NCBI GenBank assembly: GCA_024697025.1
Contig: JAILGH010000082.1
Span: 15,551-79,550 of the forward strand
Source of the DNA: Pseudobutyrivibrio sp.
Lineage (GTDB): Bacteria; Bacillota; Clostridia; Lachnospirales; Lachnospiraceae
Reading direction: 5' to 3'
Length of the DNA stretch: 64,000 nucleotides
The position numbers and the translations under genes were made by a program. The notes under the pieces were generated by a model. The model ran no database searches. It saw only the letters and a program-made list of their open reading frames with translations, and was not told where the DNA came from. This document shows positions 36,118 to 46,088 of this stretch, piece by piece (the first letter of the stretch is position 1; each line of letters starts with the position of its first letter).

Positions 36118-36999
36118 TTATTTAACATCGTAATAAATTCTAGAATCAGCTGGTACCGACTCGGTAATGAAGGTCGAGCCTCCGATGATTGAATCGTGTC
36201 CGATAACTGTATCTCCTCCAAGAACTGAAGCATTGGCGTAGATTGTTACATTGTCCTCGATGGTCGGATGACGGCGAACTCCGCGTAAGTTCTGTCCACC
36301 TCTTGTCGAAAGGGCACCTAAGGTAACACCCTGATAAATCTTAACATTGTTGCCAATGACCGTTGTCTCACCGATTACAATACCTGTGCCGTGATCGATG
36401 AAGAAGTATTCTCCGATTGTGGCACCTGGATGAATGTCGATACCTGTATTTGAATGAGCATACTCAGTCATAATACGAGGAATGATTGGCACTCTAAGTG
36501 AGTATAGCTCGTGAGCCAAACGATATATTGTAATTGCCAAAATCCCAGGGTAGGCAAAGATGATTTCGTCGATGCTTGTTGCCGCAGGGTCTCCATCATA
36601 GGCTGCTGCCAAATCTGTATCCAGCAATGCTCTAACCTTTGGAATACTCTTAAGAAACTTAAGTGATAACTCCTCTGCCTTGACTGTGCATGCCTCATCG
36701 TCGCAGCTGCAGTAGTCCTCGCTGTAGCACAGTATCAATGCAATCTGCTTGTTAAGGTTGTAAACCACATCCTCCATCAACGTATTAAGATTGGTCTCAA
36801 CGTTGTAGACCTTGTAAACATGGTCGCGATAATATCCCGGATACACAATCCTAAGGAGCTTCATTGTGATATCTATAATGCTGTCCTTGTTTGGCTGGTG
36901 AAATGTATCCATCTTGTCAATGGCCCTGTCGGACTTGTAATCCTTGATGAGCTCTTCTGTAATTTCTAATATTTCCTGTTCGATTTTCTTTCCGTCCAT
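36118..36999 (-). CDS. cysE: Serine O-acetyltransferase
   Basis: Hexapeptide-repeat core GIDIHPGATIGEYFFIDHGTGIVIGETTVIGNNVKIYQGVTLGA ... RHPTIEDNVTIYANASVLGG. The ATG at 36999 (MDGKK) is preferred over the track start at 37041 (RBS GGGAGAG). Confidence 0.85.
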   Translation of the reverse strand: MDGKKIEQEILEITEELIKDYKSDRAIDKMDTFHQPNKDSIIDITMKLLRIVYPGYYRDHVYKVYNVETNLNTLMEDVVYNLNKQIALILCYSEDYCSCDDEACTVKAEELSLKFLKSIPKVRALLDTDLAAAYDGDPAATSIDEIIFAYPGILAITIYRLAHELYSLRVPIIPRIMTEYAHSNTGIDIHPGATIGEYFFIDHGTGIVIGETTVIGNNVKIYQGVTLGALSTRGGQNLRGVRRHPTIEDNVTIYANASVLGGDTVIGHDSIIGGSTFITESVPADSRIYYDVK

Positions 37000-37098
37000 G
37001 ACGCTCTCCCGTCTAATAATATAATATGTATTGTACCACAATAAAGCATATCCTTCTAGAAAGCATACACGACAAAAAATATCAAAAATACCATTTAT

Positions 37099-39375
37099 CT
37101 ACATCCTAAGATATTCCATACCCTGTTTAACTTCCTCCGGTACCTCGCCACCATTTTTCTCAACCTTGTCTATAACAGACTTTAAATGATGTAGGGCCTG
37201 ACTGGTCTTTATCTCGTGACGAGACAGGGCCTGCTCAAACATAGGATGACTGGTAACTCTTGAGCGATATGGCTTTGAGAAGGTGCAGTACTTGTTTAGA
37301 ATATTTCGCTCTAGCTTGTTTAGGCGGATACTGCCCTGAGCCTCAAAGTTAATCCATATTGTATACTGCTTTGTAAAGGCCTCACGCATGCTGTTGCGGG
37401 AGGATTTAAGCAGATTCTTGACCTTCTCTTTGTTTTCTGCAGAAAGCTCTTTGTTCTTTCTGTAGAAAGTAAAGTAATCGTAAAAATCAGATGTAAGGCA
37501 CTCGCTGGCAATATCGTTCCATCGTGCGCCCTGTTCCTTACGACAGATTTCCCATCTAAATGCACCACAGCAATAAATCATCAGCTTGTCCACATCATCT
37601 AAAGTAAACATCGGAAATACGAATCTACCCGGACTGTCTACCTTGATACCACCGCATTCCTGCCACATCATGGCACGCATACCTACATTTGGAAGCAGGA
37701 TAATGTCAGGCTCAACTCTCTTGAGATAAGCCTCGCTTTTAACGTTGGCTTCCATGTTGGTATAGTATCCCTCACGAAGGAAGATGCCGTAGTCAACCTC
37801 CTCGATTTTGCCTATTGCCTCAATCAGCTTTGCCTGTGTAAGGAGCATGCGCATTGGCTCTGCGTTAAAATCCTCCTTGGTAAGCACCGGACAAAATGCT
37901 GTCATCTTTCCGGAGGTGGTTCTGTTAGATGACTTGAAGAAATTGTTTATCTCAAATATAACCTTTTGCTCCTGATCGTTCATCCAGGTCTGCATATCCG
38001 CTTCTAAAATATTACCGGATTTACGTTCTTCAAGGATAAAGCCTCTGTAATCCAAATCAAGCTCGTTTTTGCTAGGCTCTCTTTCGCCTGCATAGATTGC
38101 TCGAAGCCATTTGTAAATAGTAAAGAAATGGTCGCTTGAGCAAAGTGTATCAAGACGGTCCACCAAATCGGCAAGTTCGTTGGTAAGGTCATCACCAACT
38201 GCTTCATAATCAATATATCCAAAGTTCAAGAACATTTTAATGATGGTATCTAGCTCGCCACCCATAGCCTCGAACTCCAAAACTCTAAAGAAGGTCTTTT
38301 GATAGATTTCATAAAATAAATCAATGGCTTTCTTTCTAGCGCGGCGCTCATTATCCTCCTTACCCTCTCTATCAGAAAGTGCAAGATAGGCATCCAATTC
38401 CTGACGATATTGCTCCTGCTTTTCCTCGTCAATTTCTGCAAACTCACAGATATGTTCAAAGGTCTGAGTAAACTCAGCCTGCTTTTGCATCTTGGCCTCA
38501 TCAAAGGCCGCTGCTGTGGCTGCAAAATCATGACTATCATACTCTTCCCAGCGCTCCTTAATAAGAGCCTTGTCATAGAGGCCGCACTGAGAAAGATACT
38601 TGTAAAGCATCTTCATAAGCTTGATGATATTATCCTGATTGGCGCCACGCTCTGCTGAATATATTCTAAGGTTGAATATCAGCTCAAACATATCCCCTCT
38701 ATCAGCAGATAGAAGTATTGGAGAAAACTCCTCTAAATAAAATCCCATGGTCTCAGCACAGTCGATTGCACGCTTCATGTAGCCGCAGCTAATGCCGATA
38801 ACACCATTTACAATCTCGGTGCGTTTACCATATATATTTTCTATTTCCTTGTTGTCTACATCGTTAAGACTTGTGATATAGTCGTGCTCCCACTTGAGAA
38901 TCTCGCCCTTTAGCTCGATAGGCTCCATCTCTTCAAGCATAGGAATTTCCCCTGGAGTAGCACCTATGGCTCTACAAATCTTGCGATACTCTGAATTGAT
39001 ACCTCTGCAGTAATCTGAAAAATCATCCACCTGTTTCTTGTAGGCATCATATATTTTGAATACGTCGCGACATTGTCTAAATGAACCCTTCGCAAAGCCA
39101 AAAATATACACCGGCTGTGCATTAAAAATAGCATCAAGATCTGCCATTGTCTTGTATGGACACTTGATAACAGCTGCATCCTCGGCAACTGTATAGCTTG
39201 CTTCGTACTCTAAATTAAGTGCATCAGAAAGCCCTGCAACAGTTCCTGGTCCAAGGGAAATCCGCTGTCCCTTCCACTCCTGAAGTATTGTGCCCTTGAT
39301 AACAATGTACATACGATCAACAGGATCGCCTTCATTCATTAAATTTTTGCCCTTTTCGATAGTAATTGGCTCCAC
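37099..39375 (-). CDS. Large (758 aa) protein with N-terminal cyclic-nucleotide-binding-like domain and an uncharacterised C-terminal ~630 aa
   Basis: GTG start after AAGGAGA. IEKGKNLMNEGDPVDRMYIVIKGTI...LGPGTVAGL...TVAEDAAVIK fits a cNMP-binding beta-roll. The rest is unrecognised. Confidence 0.55.
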   Translation of the reverse strand: MEPITIEKGKNLMNEGDPVDRMYIVIKGTILQEWKGQRISLGPGTVAGLSDALNLEYEASYTVAEDAAVIKCPYKTMADLDAIFNAQPVYIFGFAKGSFRQCRDVFKIYDAYKKQVDDFSDYCRGINSEYRKICRAIGATPGEIPMLEEMEPIELKGEILKWEHDYITSLNDVDNKEIENIYGKRTEIVNGVIGISCGYMKRAIDCAETMGFYLEEFSPILLSADRGDMFELIFNLRIYSAERGANQDNIIKLMKMLYKYLSQCGLYDKALIKERWEEYDSHDFAATAAAFDEAKMQKQAEFTQTFEHICEFAEIDEEKQEQYRQELDAYLALSDREGKEDNERRARKKAIDLFYEIYQKTFFRVLEFEAMGGELDTIIKMFLNFGYIDYEAVGDDLTNELADLVDRLDTLCSSDHFFTIYKWLRAIYAGEREPSKNELDLDYRGFILEERKSGNILEADMQTWMNDQEQKVIFEINNFFKSSNRTTSGKMTAFCPVLTKEDFNAEPMRMLLTQAKLIEAIGKIEEVDYGIFLREGYYTNMEANVKSEAYLKRVEPDIILLPNVGMRAMMWQECGGIKVDSPGRFVFPMFTLDDVDKLMIYCCGAFRWEICRKEQGARWNDIASECLTSDFYDYFTFYRKNKELSAENKEKVKNLLKSSRNSMREAFTKQYTIWINFEAQGSIRLNKLERNILNKYCTFSKPYRSRVTSHPMFEQALSRHEIKTSQALHHLKSVIDKVEKNGGEVPEEVKQGMEYLRM

Positions 39376-39493
39376 GTAATTCTCCTTATGGCCACATTGC
39401 CCCTTATTTTATAACCTTACTTTGATTATAAAATTGCCTATATACAGTGTCAAATAATACACATTAATATTCACAGAAAATTTGCAAAAAAAT

Positions 39494-39597
39494 CCAGGGG
39501 GACGGGTTAATGGTCTAGGGGACGGGGTTAGTGGTCCATAATGAACTATTATGGACCACTAACCCCGTCCCCTAGACCATTAACCCCGTCCCCCCGG
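39494..39597. repeat. 104-nt near-perfect GC-rich palindrome built from ~21-nt GGGGACGGGGTTARTGGTC units (2 per arm)
   Basis: Base-by-base pairing of 39494-39542 with 39548-39597 gives ~49 bp with one bulge (39587), one mismatch (39496/39595) and a 5-nt loop GAACT. It starts 18 nt after the upp stop. Confidence 0.9.
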
Positions 39598-39615
39598 ACC
39601 ATTAGCTACCTCCTA

Positions 39616-40254
39616 CTATTTAGTACCAAAAATTCTGTCACCGGCATCGCCAAGACCAGGGCAAATGTAAGCATCATCATTGAGCTCGCGGTCAATGTGT
39701 CCGATATAAATCTGCACATCTGGATGTGCTTCGTGAAGAGCTCTTACACCTTCTGGAGCACCGATGATAGCCATGAACTTGATGCGCTTTCCGCCATGCT
39801 TTTTAATAAGGTCGATTGCATCAATTGCAGAACCACCTGTAGCAAGCATAGGGTCAGTAACTACAATAAGTCTCTCCTCGATTGGACTTGGGAGCTTGCA
39901 GTAGTACTCGTGTGGCTCGTGTGTCTCCTCGTCACGGTACATACCGATGTGACCAATCTTGGCAGTTGGAACTAGCTTTTGAATACCATTTACCATACCA
40001 AGACCTGCTCTAAGGATTGGCACAATTGCCATCTTGCGGCCTGCGATTACTGGTGCCATGCACTTTTCGATTGGAGTCTCGCACTCCACATCTACTGTCT
40101 GTAAATCGTTGAGGGCCTCAAAGGCCTCAAGCATAGCAATTTCCTCTACTAAAGCCCTAAACTCAGCAGTACCTGTATTCTTGTCTCTGAGCATTGTAAT
40201 TTTGTGTTGAAGTAGTGGGTGTGTCAACTCTACTACATTATCTAGTTTCTCCAT
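39616..40254 (-). CDS. upp: Uracil phosphoribosyltransferase
   Basis: 212 aa. Full-length match to the Upp pattern ([14 protein letters not shown] ... [12 protein letters not shown] ... [17 protein letters not shown]). Confidence 0.95.
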   Translation of the reverse strand: MEKLDNVVELTHPLLQHKITMLRDKNTGTAEFRALVEEIAMLEAFEALNDLQTVDVECETPIEKCMAPVIAGRKMAIVPILRAGLGMVNGIQKLVPTAKIGHIGMYRDEETHEPHEYYCKLPSPIEERLIVVTDPMLATGGSAIDAIDLIKKHGGKRIKFMAIIGAPEGVRALHEAHPDVQIYIGHIDRELNDDAYICPGLGDAGDRIFGTK

Positions 40255-40277
40255 TAGATGCCTCCTTGAATTTCTTC

Positions 40278-41633
40278 CTAGATTCCGTCTTTGTCGAAAT
40301 GATAAGGTTCTGGATTGCCGTATTCGTAATCTCTACCTGGAATGATAGCATTTAACAAAATACCAGCGATTGCTGCGATTGCAAGGCTTGTGATTGTGAT
40401 ATCTGTGGAGCCAACAGTAAATGTGATACCATCAGCAAAGCCAAGACCACATACAAGGATTACAGCAGCTATGATAAGGTTTCTTGAATGTGTAAAATCA
40501 ACGTGATTTTCTACAACATTTCTGATACCTATTGCACTAATCATACCATAAAGCATAAAGCTAATTCCACCTACGATTGCCGCTGGCATAGTGCCAATGA
40601 TATCAGCTACCTTTGGTATAAATGAAAGAACTATAGCGTATAAAGCAGCGATTCTGATTACCTTTGGATCGTAAACCTTAGAAAGCTCCAACACACCTGT
40701 ATTCTCACCGTAGGTTGTGTTTGCAGGGCCACCGAAGAATGCTGAAAGAGATGTTGCAAGTCCATCACCGATAAGGGTGCGATGAAGACCTGGGTCAGTA
40801 ACCAAATCCTCTCCAACAGTTGCTGAGATAGCTGACATATCACCGATGTGCTCCATCATAGTTGCGATGGCAATTGGCGCCATAACAAGAATTGCTGAAA
40901 CATTAAACTTACAGATAAAGAAATCTGGAAGACCTACCCATGAAGCCTGCTTAACAGCTGCAAAATCAAGGATTGCACTTCCATCGGCATTGGTAAATCC
41001 TGCTGCATTAAAGATTACTGCACAAGCGTAAGAAATTATAACACCCATAAGGATTGGAAGGATTTTGAACATTCCCTTTCCCCAGATGTTAAAGATTATG
41101 ACAACTGCCAAGGCTATAAATGCAAGCAACCAGTTTTGCGAAGCATTTGAAATGGCAGATGGTGCAAGGGAAAGACCGATACAGATAATGATTGGTCCTG
41201 TAACCACTGGTGGTAAAAACTTCATAACCTTTCTGATACCTACAAATCTAATGATTAATGCAAGTACAAGATAAAGAAGTCCAGCCACAACAATACCACC
41301 ACAGGCATAAGGAAGCTTCTCGCCCATCGTCATGTTTTTGAAAATACCAGTATTCAAATTTGCCACCGTGTGGAATCCACCAAGGAATGCAAAGGAAGAT
41401 CCAAGAAATGCTGGGACCTTAAGCTTTGCGCAAAGATGAAAGAATAGCGTGCCAAGACCGGCGAAAAATAGTGTAACTTGAATTGAAAGGCCTTCGCCCT
41501 TGAAATAGTTGTTGACCAAAATTGGAACTAAGATTGTCGCTCCAAACATAGCAAATAAATGCTGAAGTCCCAAAATTAAGGTCTTTGGTGTGCCAAGCTT
41601 TGACACGTCTCTGATTGGTTCGTTAGTATTCAT
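40278..41633 (-). CDS. Uracil/xanthine permease (NCS2 family, UraA/PyrP-like)
   Basis: 451 aa, polytopic, with [16 protein letters not shown] and [10 protein letters not shown] motifs. Sits directly upstream of upp. Confidence 0.85.
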   Translation of the reverse strand: MNTNEPIRDVSKLGTPKTLILGLQHLFAMFGATILVPILVNNYFKGEGLSIQVTLFFAGLGTLFFHLCAKLKVPAFLGSSFAFLGGFHTVANLNTGIFKNMTMGEKLPYACGGIVVAGLLYLVLALIIRFVGIRKVMKFLPPVVTGPIIICIGLSLAPSAISNASQNWLLAFIALAVVIIFNIWGKGMFKILPILMGVIISYACAVIFNAAGFTNADGSAILDFAAVKQASWVGLPDFFICKFNVSAILVMAPIAIATMMEHIGDMSAISATVGEDLVTDPGLHRTLIGDGLATSLSAFFGGPANTTYGENTGVLELSKVYDPKVIRIAALYAIVLSFIPKVADIIGTMPAAIVGGISFMLYGMISAIGIRNVVENHVDFTHSRNLIIAAVILVCGLGFADGITFTVGSTDITITSLAIAAIAGILLNAIIPGRDYEYGNPEPYHFDKDGI

Positions 41634-41643
41634 AAATACCTCC

Positions 41644-42432
41644 CTAATTTATTATGATTTGCGCCACTATATATAACACCGAAAGATGCACTGGATAGAA
41701 TAGATAGAAAAACCATCTCAAGGCTTTATTATCCCATCCTCGGTGTCCCTGATAATTACGTAGTGGAACAATATCTAACAAAGCTACAATTTCAAGTGTG
41801 CTTGATATTGCTGTCAAACAGATAACCCCATAGATAAACCCTCTAAGCTGTTTGACTTTGTCCGCTGAACAATGGGTCAAATAAATGACCACAATACAAG
41901 CTATTCCAGAATGACTATAGTCCAAATGTGTCACTTGTGAAATAACCATTCCCAAAGCTGTCACAACTGCCATTGCCAAAACCTTGGCTACCTGAGTAGC
42001 CCTAGTGGATTCTAAAAATGGCTCTTTGTATTTTTTGATTGAATCGATTCCAAATAATACTATCAGTCCAAGCAATAGCTCCCATAGCACATTGTTGGTT
42101 TCAAAAATAAACAATTGGCGTGTTGATACCAAGTTAAAAGGAATCTCTGAAATAATTGCCACTGCAAGAAGTCGCAATCCATATTTTAATAAATTCTTAC
42201 TATGGAAAAATCCCTCTACCAACAGATAGCAATAAATAGGAAATGCTAATCGTCCTATTCCGCGCATTATCCAATATATTGTCGCTTGGTTTATATATAA
42301 ATCTTCACATGTAGGGAACTTATATAAAAATCCAAATACATCTGCTGTGACCGCCAAGTGGTCTATAAACATTGTAATTACCGCCAACAATTTTAGCCCG
42401 GTGCCCGTTACTTCTCGTCTATTATTCTCCAT
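41644..42432 (-). CDS. TraX-family membrane protein
   Basis: 262 aa. N-terminal LKLLAVITMFIDHLA signature, polytopic. Confidence 0.65.
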   Translation of the reverse strand: MENNRREVTGTGLKLLAVITMFIDHLAVTADVFGFLYKFPTCEDLYINQATIYWIMRGIGRLAFPIYCYLLVEGFFHSKNLLKYGLRLLAVAIISEIPFNLVSTRQLFIFETNNVLWELLLGLIVLFGIDSIKKYKEPFLESTRATQVAKVLAMAVVTALGMVISQVTHLDYSHSGIACIVVIYLTHCSADKVKQLRGFIYGVICLTAISSTLEIVALLDIVPLRNYQGHRGWDNKALRWFFYLFYPVHLSVLYIVAQIIIN

Positions 42433-42909
42433 TTACCTCACCAAATATTCTATAAACTCTCGCACGCATCCTCGTCCGCCGTCCTTGGATGATACGAAAT
42501 CCGCTGTTTCAACTACCTCTGGTACTGCATCGGCGGGACATCCAACAAGCCCTCCTGCTTCCTTGATTGCATCCATAACCTGAAGGTCATTTAAGTCGTC
42601 GCCCATATAGGCGCACTGATTGAGGCTATCGCCTGCCTTGGCCAAAATCTCATTTAGCTTGCCAAGCTTGTCTGCGATACCTTGATAAATCTCTGTAATG
42701 CCAAGCTCCTTGCTTCTGTTTAAAACAATATTGCTTGTGCGGCCTGTAATAATCACTGGAATAATACCGGCTGGAATTGCCTGATGTGCTATGCCATAAC
42801 CATCCTTTATATTGAAAGCCTTGCAAAGTTCTCCCTGCTCTCCCATATAAACGCACCCATCTGTAAGGGTACCATCAACATCCAAAACTAAATATTTAAT
42901 ATTCTTCAT
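42433..42909 (-). CDS. HAD-IIIA phosphatase, KdsC/YrbI-like
   Basis: 158 aa. LVLDVDGTLTDG, FNIKDGYGI, ITGR, YMGDDLNDL motifs. Confidence 0.75.
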   Translation of the reverse strand: MKNIKYLVLDVDGTLTDGCVYMGEQGELCKAFNIKDGYGIAHQAIPAGIIPVIITGRTSNIVLNRSKELGITEIYQGIADKLGKLNEILAKAGDSLNQCAYMGDDLNDLQVMDAIKEAGGLVGCPADAVPEVVETADFVSSKDGGRGCVREFIEYLVR

Positions 42910-42940
42910 AAAAAAATCTCCTTAGAAACCTAAGGAGATT
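42910..42940 (-). terminator. 11-bp terminator hairpin after dapA whose 3-prime arm is the Shine-Dalgarno of the KdsC-like gene
   Basis: Minus strand: AATCTCCTTAG-GTTT-CTAAGGAGATT followed by TTTTTT and then ATG (42909). Confidence 0.7.
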
Positions 42941-42964
42941 ATACTACATTATGAAGCTGTTGTA

Positions 42965-43849
42965 TTAGCAAATTCCATATTCCTTCATATTTGCTTCTAA
43001 TACCTTTGCTTTTTCCTCGTCCATTTCTGTAAGAGGTCTTCTAAGTGGACCAGCGCCAAAGCCCATAATATTTAGTGCTTTCTTAACCGGGATAGGGTTA
43101 ACCTCTGCAAAAAGTGAATCAATTACAGGTAAAGCCTTAAGCTGCATAGCTGCTGCCTTCTTGAAATCACCGTCAAGGCAAGCCTGGCACATGTCGTGTG
43201 TCTGCTGTGGAGCAACGTTTGAAAGAACAGAGATAACGCCAATTCCACCAAGTGACATAATTGGTACTATCTGATCATCGTTACCTGAATATACGTCGAT
43301 GCATCCATCTGCAAGCTGTAAAAGCTTAGCAATCTGGCTGATGTTACCAGATGCTTCTTTGATAGCTACGATATTTTTAACATCCTTTGCAAGCTTAACT
43401 GCTGTCTCTGGTAAAATGTTGCAACCTGTACGCGAAGGTACGTTATAAAGGATACAAGGGATGTTTATCGCATCTGCTGTGTCCTTAAAGTGTACATACA
43501 AGCCCTTTTGTGTGGCCTTGTTGTAGTATGGAGTAACAAGAAGAACTGCGTCTGCTCCGGCAGCCTCTGCCTCCTTTGAAAGATAAATAGCTGTCTCTGT
43601 GCTGTTTGAACCTGTACCTGCGATAACTGGTACTCTATGGTTAACAGTCTCAATACAATGACGAACTACATCTAAATGCTCCTCATGAGAAAGTGTAGAT
43701 GCCTCACCTGTTGTACCACAAATAACGATTGCATCTGTGCTGTTTTTAATTTGATACTCGATTAAGTTATCAAGCTTTTCATAGTTTACTGAACCATCTG
43801 CATTGAATGGTGTGACGATTGCTACTGCTGCGCCAGTAAAAATACTCAT
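42965..43849 (-). CDS. dapA: 4-hydroxy-tetrahydrodipicolinate synthase
   Basis: MSIFTGAAVAIVTPF ... ICGTTGE ... YNVPSRTG ... KEASG. Start at 43849 (RBS GAAGGAGGAAAAGTA-ATG) is preferred over the track start at 43915. Confidence 0.9.
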   Translation of the reverse strand: MSIFTGAAVAIVTPFNADGSVNYEKLDNLIEYQIKNSTDAIVICGTTGEASTLSHEEHLDVVRHCIETVNHRVPVIAGTGSNSTETAIYLSKEAEAAGADAVLLVTPYYNKATQKGLYVHFKDTADAINIPCILYNVPSRTGCNILPETAVKLAKDVKNIVAIKEASGNISQIAKLLQLADGCIDVYSGNDDQIVPIMSLGGIGVISVLSNVAPQQTHDMCQACLDGDFKKAAAMQLKALPVIDSLFAEVNPIPVKKALNIMGFGAGPLRRPLTEMDEEKAKVLEANMKEYGIC

Positions 43850-43902
43850 TACTTTTCCTCCTTCTGAAAAATGATTAGGGAGTATGCTAATCCTAATTAA
43901 AT

Positions 43903-43931
43903 AAGAAAAAGCCAACCATAAATGGTTAGCT
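43903..43931 (-). terminator. Expression-platform terminator of the lysine riboswitch
   Basis: Minus strand: AGCTAACCA-tttа-TGGTTGGCT followed by TTTTTCTT, between the aptamer and the dapA RBS. Confidence 0.55.
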
Positions 43932-43944
43932 TATAAATTCACAT

Positions 43945-44117
43945 ACATGATAGCTCCCCATCTGTTAATTAGATGACAGTCATACAGCTATTGACCGTAT
44001 GCCCAAGACAAGCACCTACTGGTAATGCTCTCTTTCGGCAAAATCCCCTTTCATCTCGAATCAACTGGGCCAGCCCCATCATCGAAACTACTGATGTCTT
44101 TTGCAACCTCTACCTTT
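43945..44117 (-). promoter_or_regulatory. Lysine riboswitch (L-box) upstream of dapA
   Basis: The minus strand contains GGTAGAGGTTGCAAA ... CAGTAG ... AAAGGGGATTTTGCCGAAAG ... ACTGTCA ... TGGGGAGCTA. These match conserved L-box blocks as I recall them from B. subtilis lysC. Confidence 0.8.
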
Positions 44118-44307
44118 TATAAAGTTTGAACACATAGTACATCTTCATTCTTATTATGTCAACTATATTTGATAATAAAATTCCTAGATGTTAAAATATT
44201 TCTGTTATTACAATTTGTAATTTCTGCTTTTGAACTTTTTTATGATTTATCTTAAAACAGTTCGTTATTTACTAATATTTATTAACCTGCACAAGGAGAT
44301 TACTCAC

Positions 44308-45105
44308 ATGTATTTTAAATTTAAAAAGTTACTTTCTTTCGTTTTATGTTTGGTTACAGCTTTTTCTGTTTTCTTTTTCAACGCTTCTATCTCTGAAGCT
44401 AAAAAAGGCAAGGCTGCTGCCAAGCCAAATGTAGTGGTGGTTTTAGATCCAGGTCACGACTCAACTCACGAAGGCTGTCACTACGAAAACTTCGACGAAG
44501 CTACCGCCAATCTTTACATTGCTTACTATTGTAAGCAGGAGCTTGAAAAATATGCTGGCGTTACAGTGTACATGACTCGAACCACCTTTGAATGTCCTTT
44601 TGGGGCTGACCCTAATTCTAAAGCAGGCTGCCTTTCAGCTCGTGTAGACTATGCCAAGTCTGTAAAGGCTGATATTTTGGTGAGCCTTCACAATGATTAC
44701 GATCCTGATTTGGATACCACACAAAACGGTGCAAAGGTCATCATTCCAAACCCAAGCTACAAGCCAGCTTTGTGCGCTAAGGGACAGCAGCTTGGCAAGT
44801 CCATCTTAGACCAGCTTGTAGCTACAGGACTTAATATAAACAACTGGAAGCAGTGTCCTAACGGCACAGGTATTGTCACCAAGGACTCTTCAGGTGCCAC
44901 CTATCCTGATGGGTCGCCAAGGGATTTTTACGCACTTATCAATCAGTCCAAGTCAGCTAATATGACCTGCGTTATTGTTGAGCACGCTTTCTGTACTAAC
45001 TACTCAGACAGAGTCAACCACCTTAGCACTCCTGAGCAGTATCAGCAGTTAGGTGTTGCAGACGCTACGGGTATCGCAAATTTCTACGGTTTGAAGCTTA
45101 AATAA
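44308..45105 (+). CDS. Secreted N-acetylmuramoyl-L-alanine amidase (Amidase_3-like)
   Basis: Start at MYFKFKK (RBS AAGGAGA). Signal peptide. VVVLDPGHDSTHEG and LVSLHND motifs. Confidence 0.6.
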   Translation: MYFKFKKLLSFVLCLVTAFSVFFFNASISEAKKGKAAAKPNVVVVLDPGHDSTHEGCHYENFDEATANLYIAYYCKQELEKYAGVTVYMTRTTFECPFGADPNSKAGCLSARVDYAKSVKADILVSLHNDYDPDLDTTQNGAKVIIPNPSYKPALCAKGQQLGKSILDQLVATGLNINNWKQCPNGTGIVTKDSSGATYPDGSPRDFYALINQSKSANMTCVIVEHAFCTNYSDRVNHLSTPEQYQQLGVADATGIANFYGLKLK

Positions 45106-45125
45106 ACTTTTGGGGGCATTTAGTT

Positions 45126-46088
45126 TTGAAGAAAGAAAGAGTCTTTAACATAATTCAAATTGGAAACAAAGGGGATTTACCTAGTAGAATCTTTGATATT
45201 TTTATCACCATAACTATTCTTTCAAATATTCTGGTGATGATATTGCTGACCTACAAAAATCTCAGTCCATATTATCCTGTTTTCAATGCCATTACACTGA
45301 TAACCATCATAATCTTTGCCATTGAATACGCACTTAGAATATGGACAGCTGACCTTTTGTATCCTGATTTACCAAAGGGCAAGGCTGTTGCCAAATTTCT
45401 GGTTTCCTATGATGGTGTTGTAGATTTACTTACCATTTTGCCTTTCTTCTTTTTATCCGGCTTTGTGGCATTTAGAATTCTTCGCGTCATAAGAATCTTT
45501 CATCTGTTTAGAATTAACAACCAATACGATTCCTTCGCCGTTATCTTTTCTGTCATAAAAGAAAAGAGGAATCAGATTGTTTCATCTATGATTATCGTTA
45601 TGATTCTTATGCTGGCCAGCTCTATCGGCATTTACTATGCCGAGCATTCAGCGCAGCCAAATAAGTTTGAAAATGCTTTCTCTGGTGTTTGGTGGTCAGT
45701 TTCCACTTTGCTTACAGTAGGCTACGGAGACATTTATCCTGTCACATACGCAGGACGAGTGATGGCAATCGTTACAGCCTTTTTAGGTGTCGGCGTTGTT
45801 GCTATCCCAACTGGTATCATAAGTGCCGGCTTCGTTGAGCATTATGCAAGGGTTAATCTTTTAAACAAGTTTGCCAGAGACGAGCATGTGGATATGCTCA
45901 CAGTAAACGTCATAGAGGGGCACTGCTGGGACGGCCTTACCATCTCAGAGATTCACGGCCCAGATCACTTTGCTCCTGCAGTTGTAATGCGTGACGGTGA
46001 AGCTTTGGTGCCTATCGGCGAATTACAATTAAAAAAAGGCGACACAGTTATACTGGCCGCCGATGTATATTTCTTAAATACCTATTAA
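45126..46088 (+). CDS. Potassium channel (6TM-type ion transport domain, TVGYGD filter) with C-terminal TrkA-C-like domain
   Basis: S4-like FRILRVIRIFHLFR, selectivity filter TVGYGD. The C-terminal ~90 aa are soluble. Confidence 0.85.
   Translation: MKKERVFNIIQIGNKGDLPSRIFDIFITITILSNILVMILLTYKNLSPYYPVFNAITLITIIIFAIEYALRIWTADLLYPDLPKGKAVAKFLVSYDGVVDLLTILPFFFLSGFVAFRILRVIRIFHLFRINNQYDSFAVIFSVIKEKRNQIVSSMIIVMILMLASSIGIYYAEHSAQPNKFENAFSGVWWSVSTLLTVGYGDIYPVTYAGRVMAIVTAFLGVGVVAIPTGIISAGFVEHYARVNLLNKFARDEHVDMLTVNVIEGHCWDGLTISEIHGPDHFAPAVVMRDGEALVPIGELQLKKGDTVILAADVYFLNTY

Noticed and set aside
39494-39605. Possible mini-CRISPR array (repeated ~21-nt GC-rich units)
   Set aside because: The units abut each other without spacers, and there are only two per arm. 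The arms are inverted copies of each other, and no cas genes are present.
39541-39975. 144-aa plus-strand ORF starting MNYYGPLTPSPRPLTPSPR
   Set aside because: Its repetitive N-terminus is simply the translation of the right arm of the palindrome. The remainder is antisense to the well-supported upp gene.
41644-42432. TraX-family gene as a remnant of a second conjugative element
   Set aside because: It is tightly packed (0- and 10-nt gaps) between core metabolic genes of core-like composition. TraX-family proteins are common chromosomal membrane proteins in Firmicutes, and no other transfer genes are nearby.
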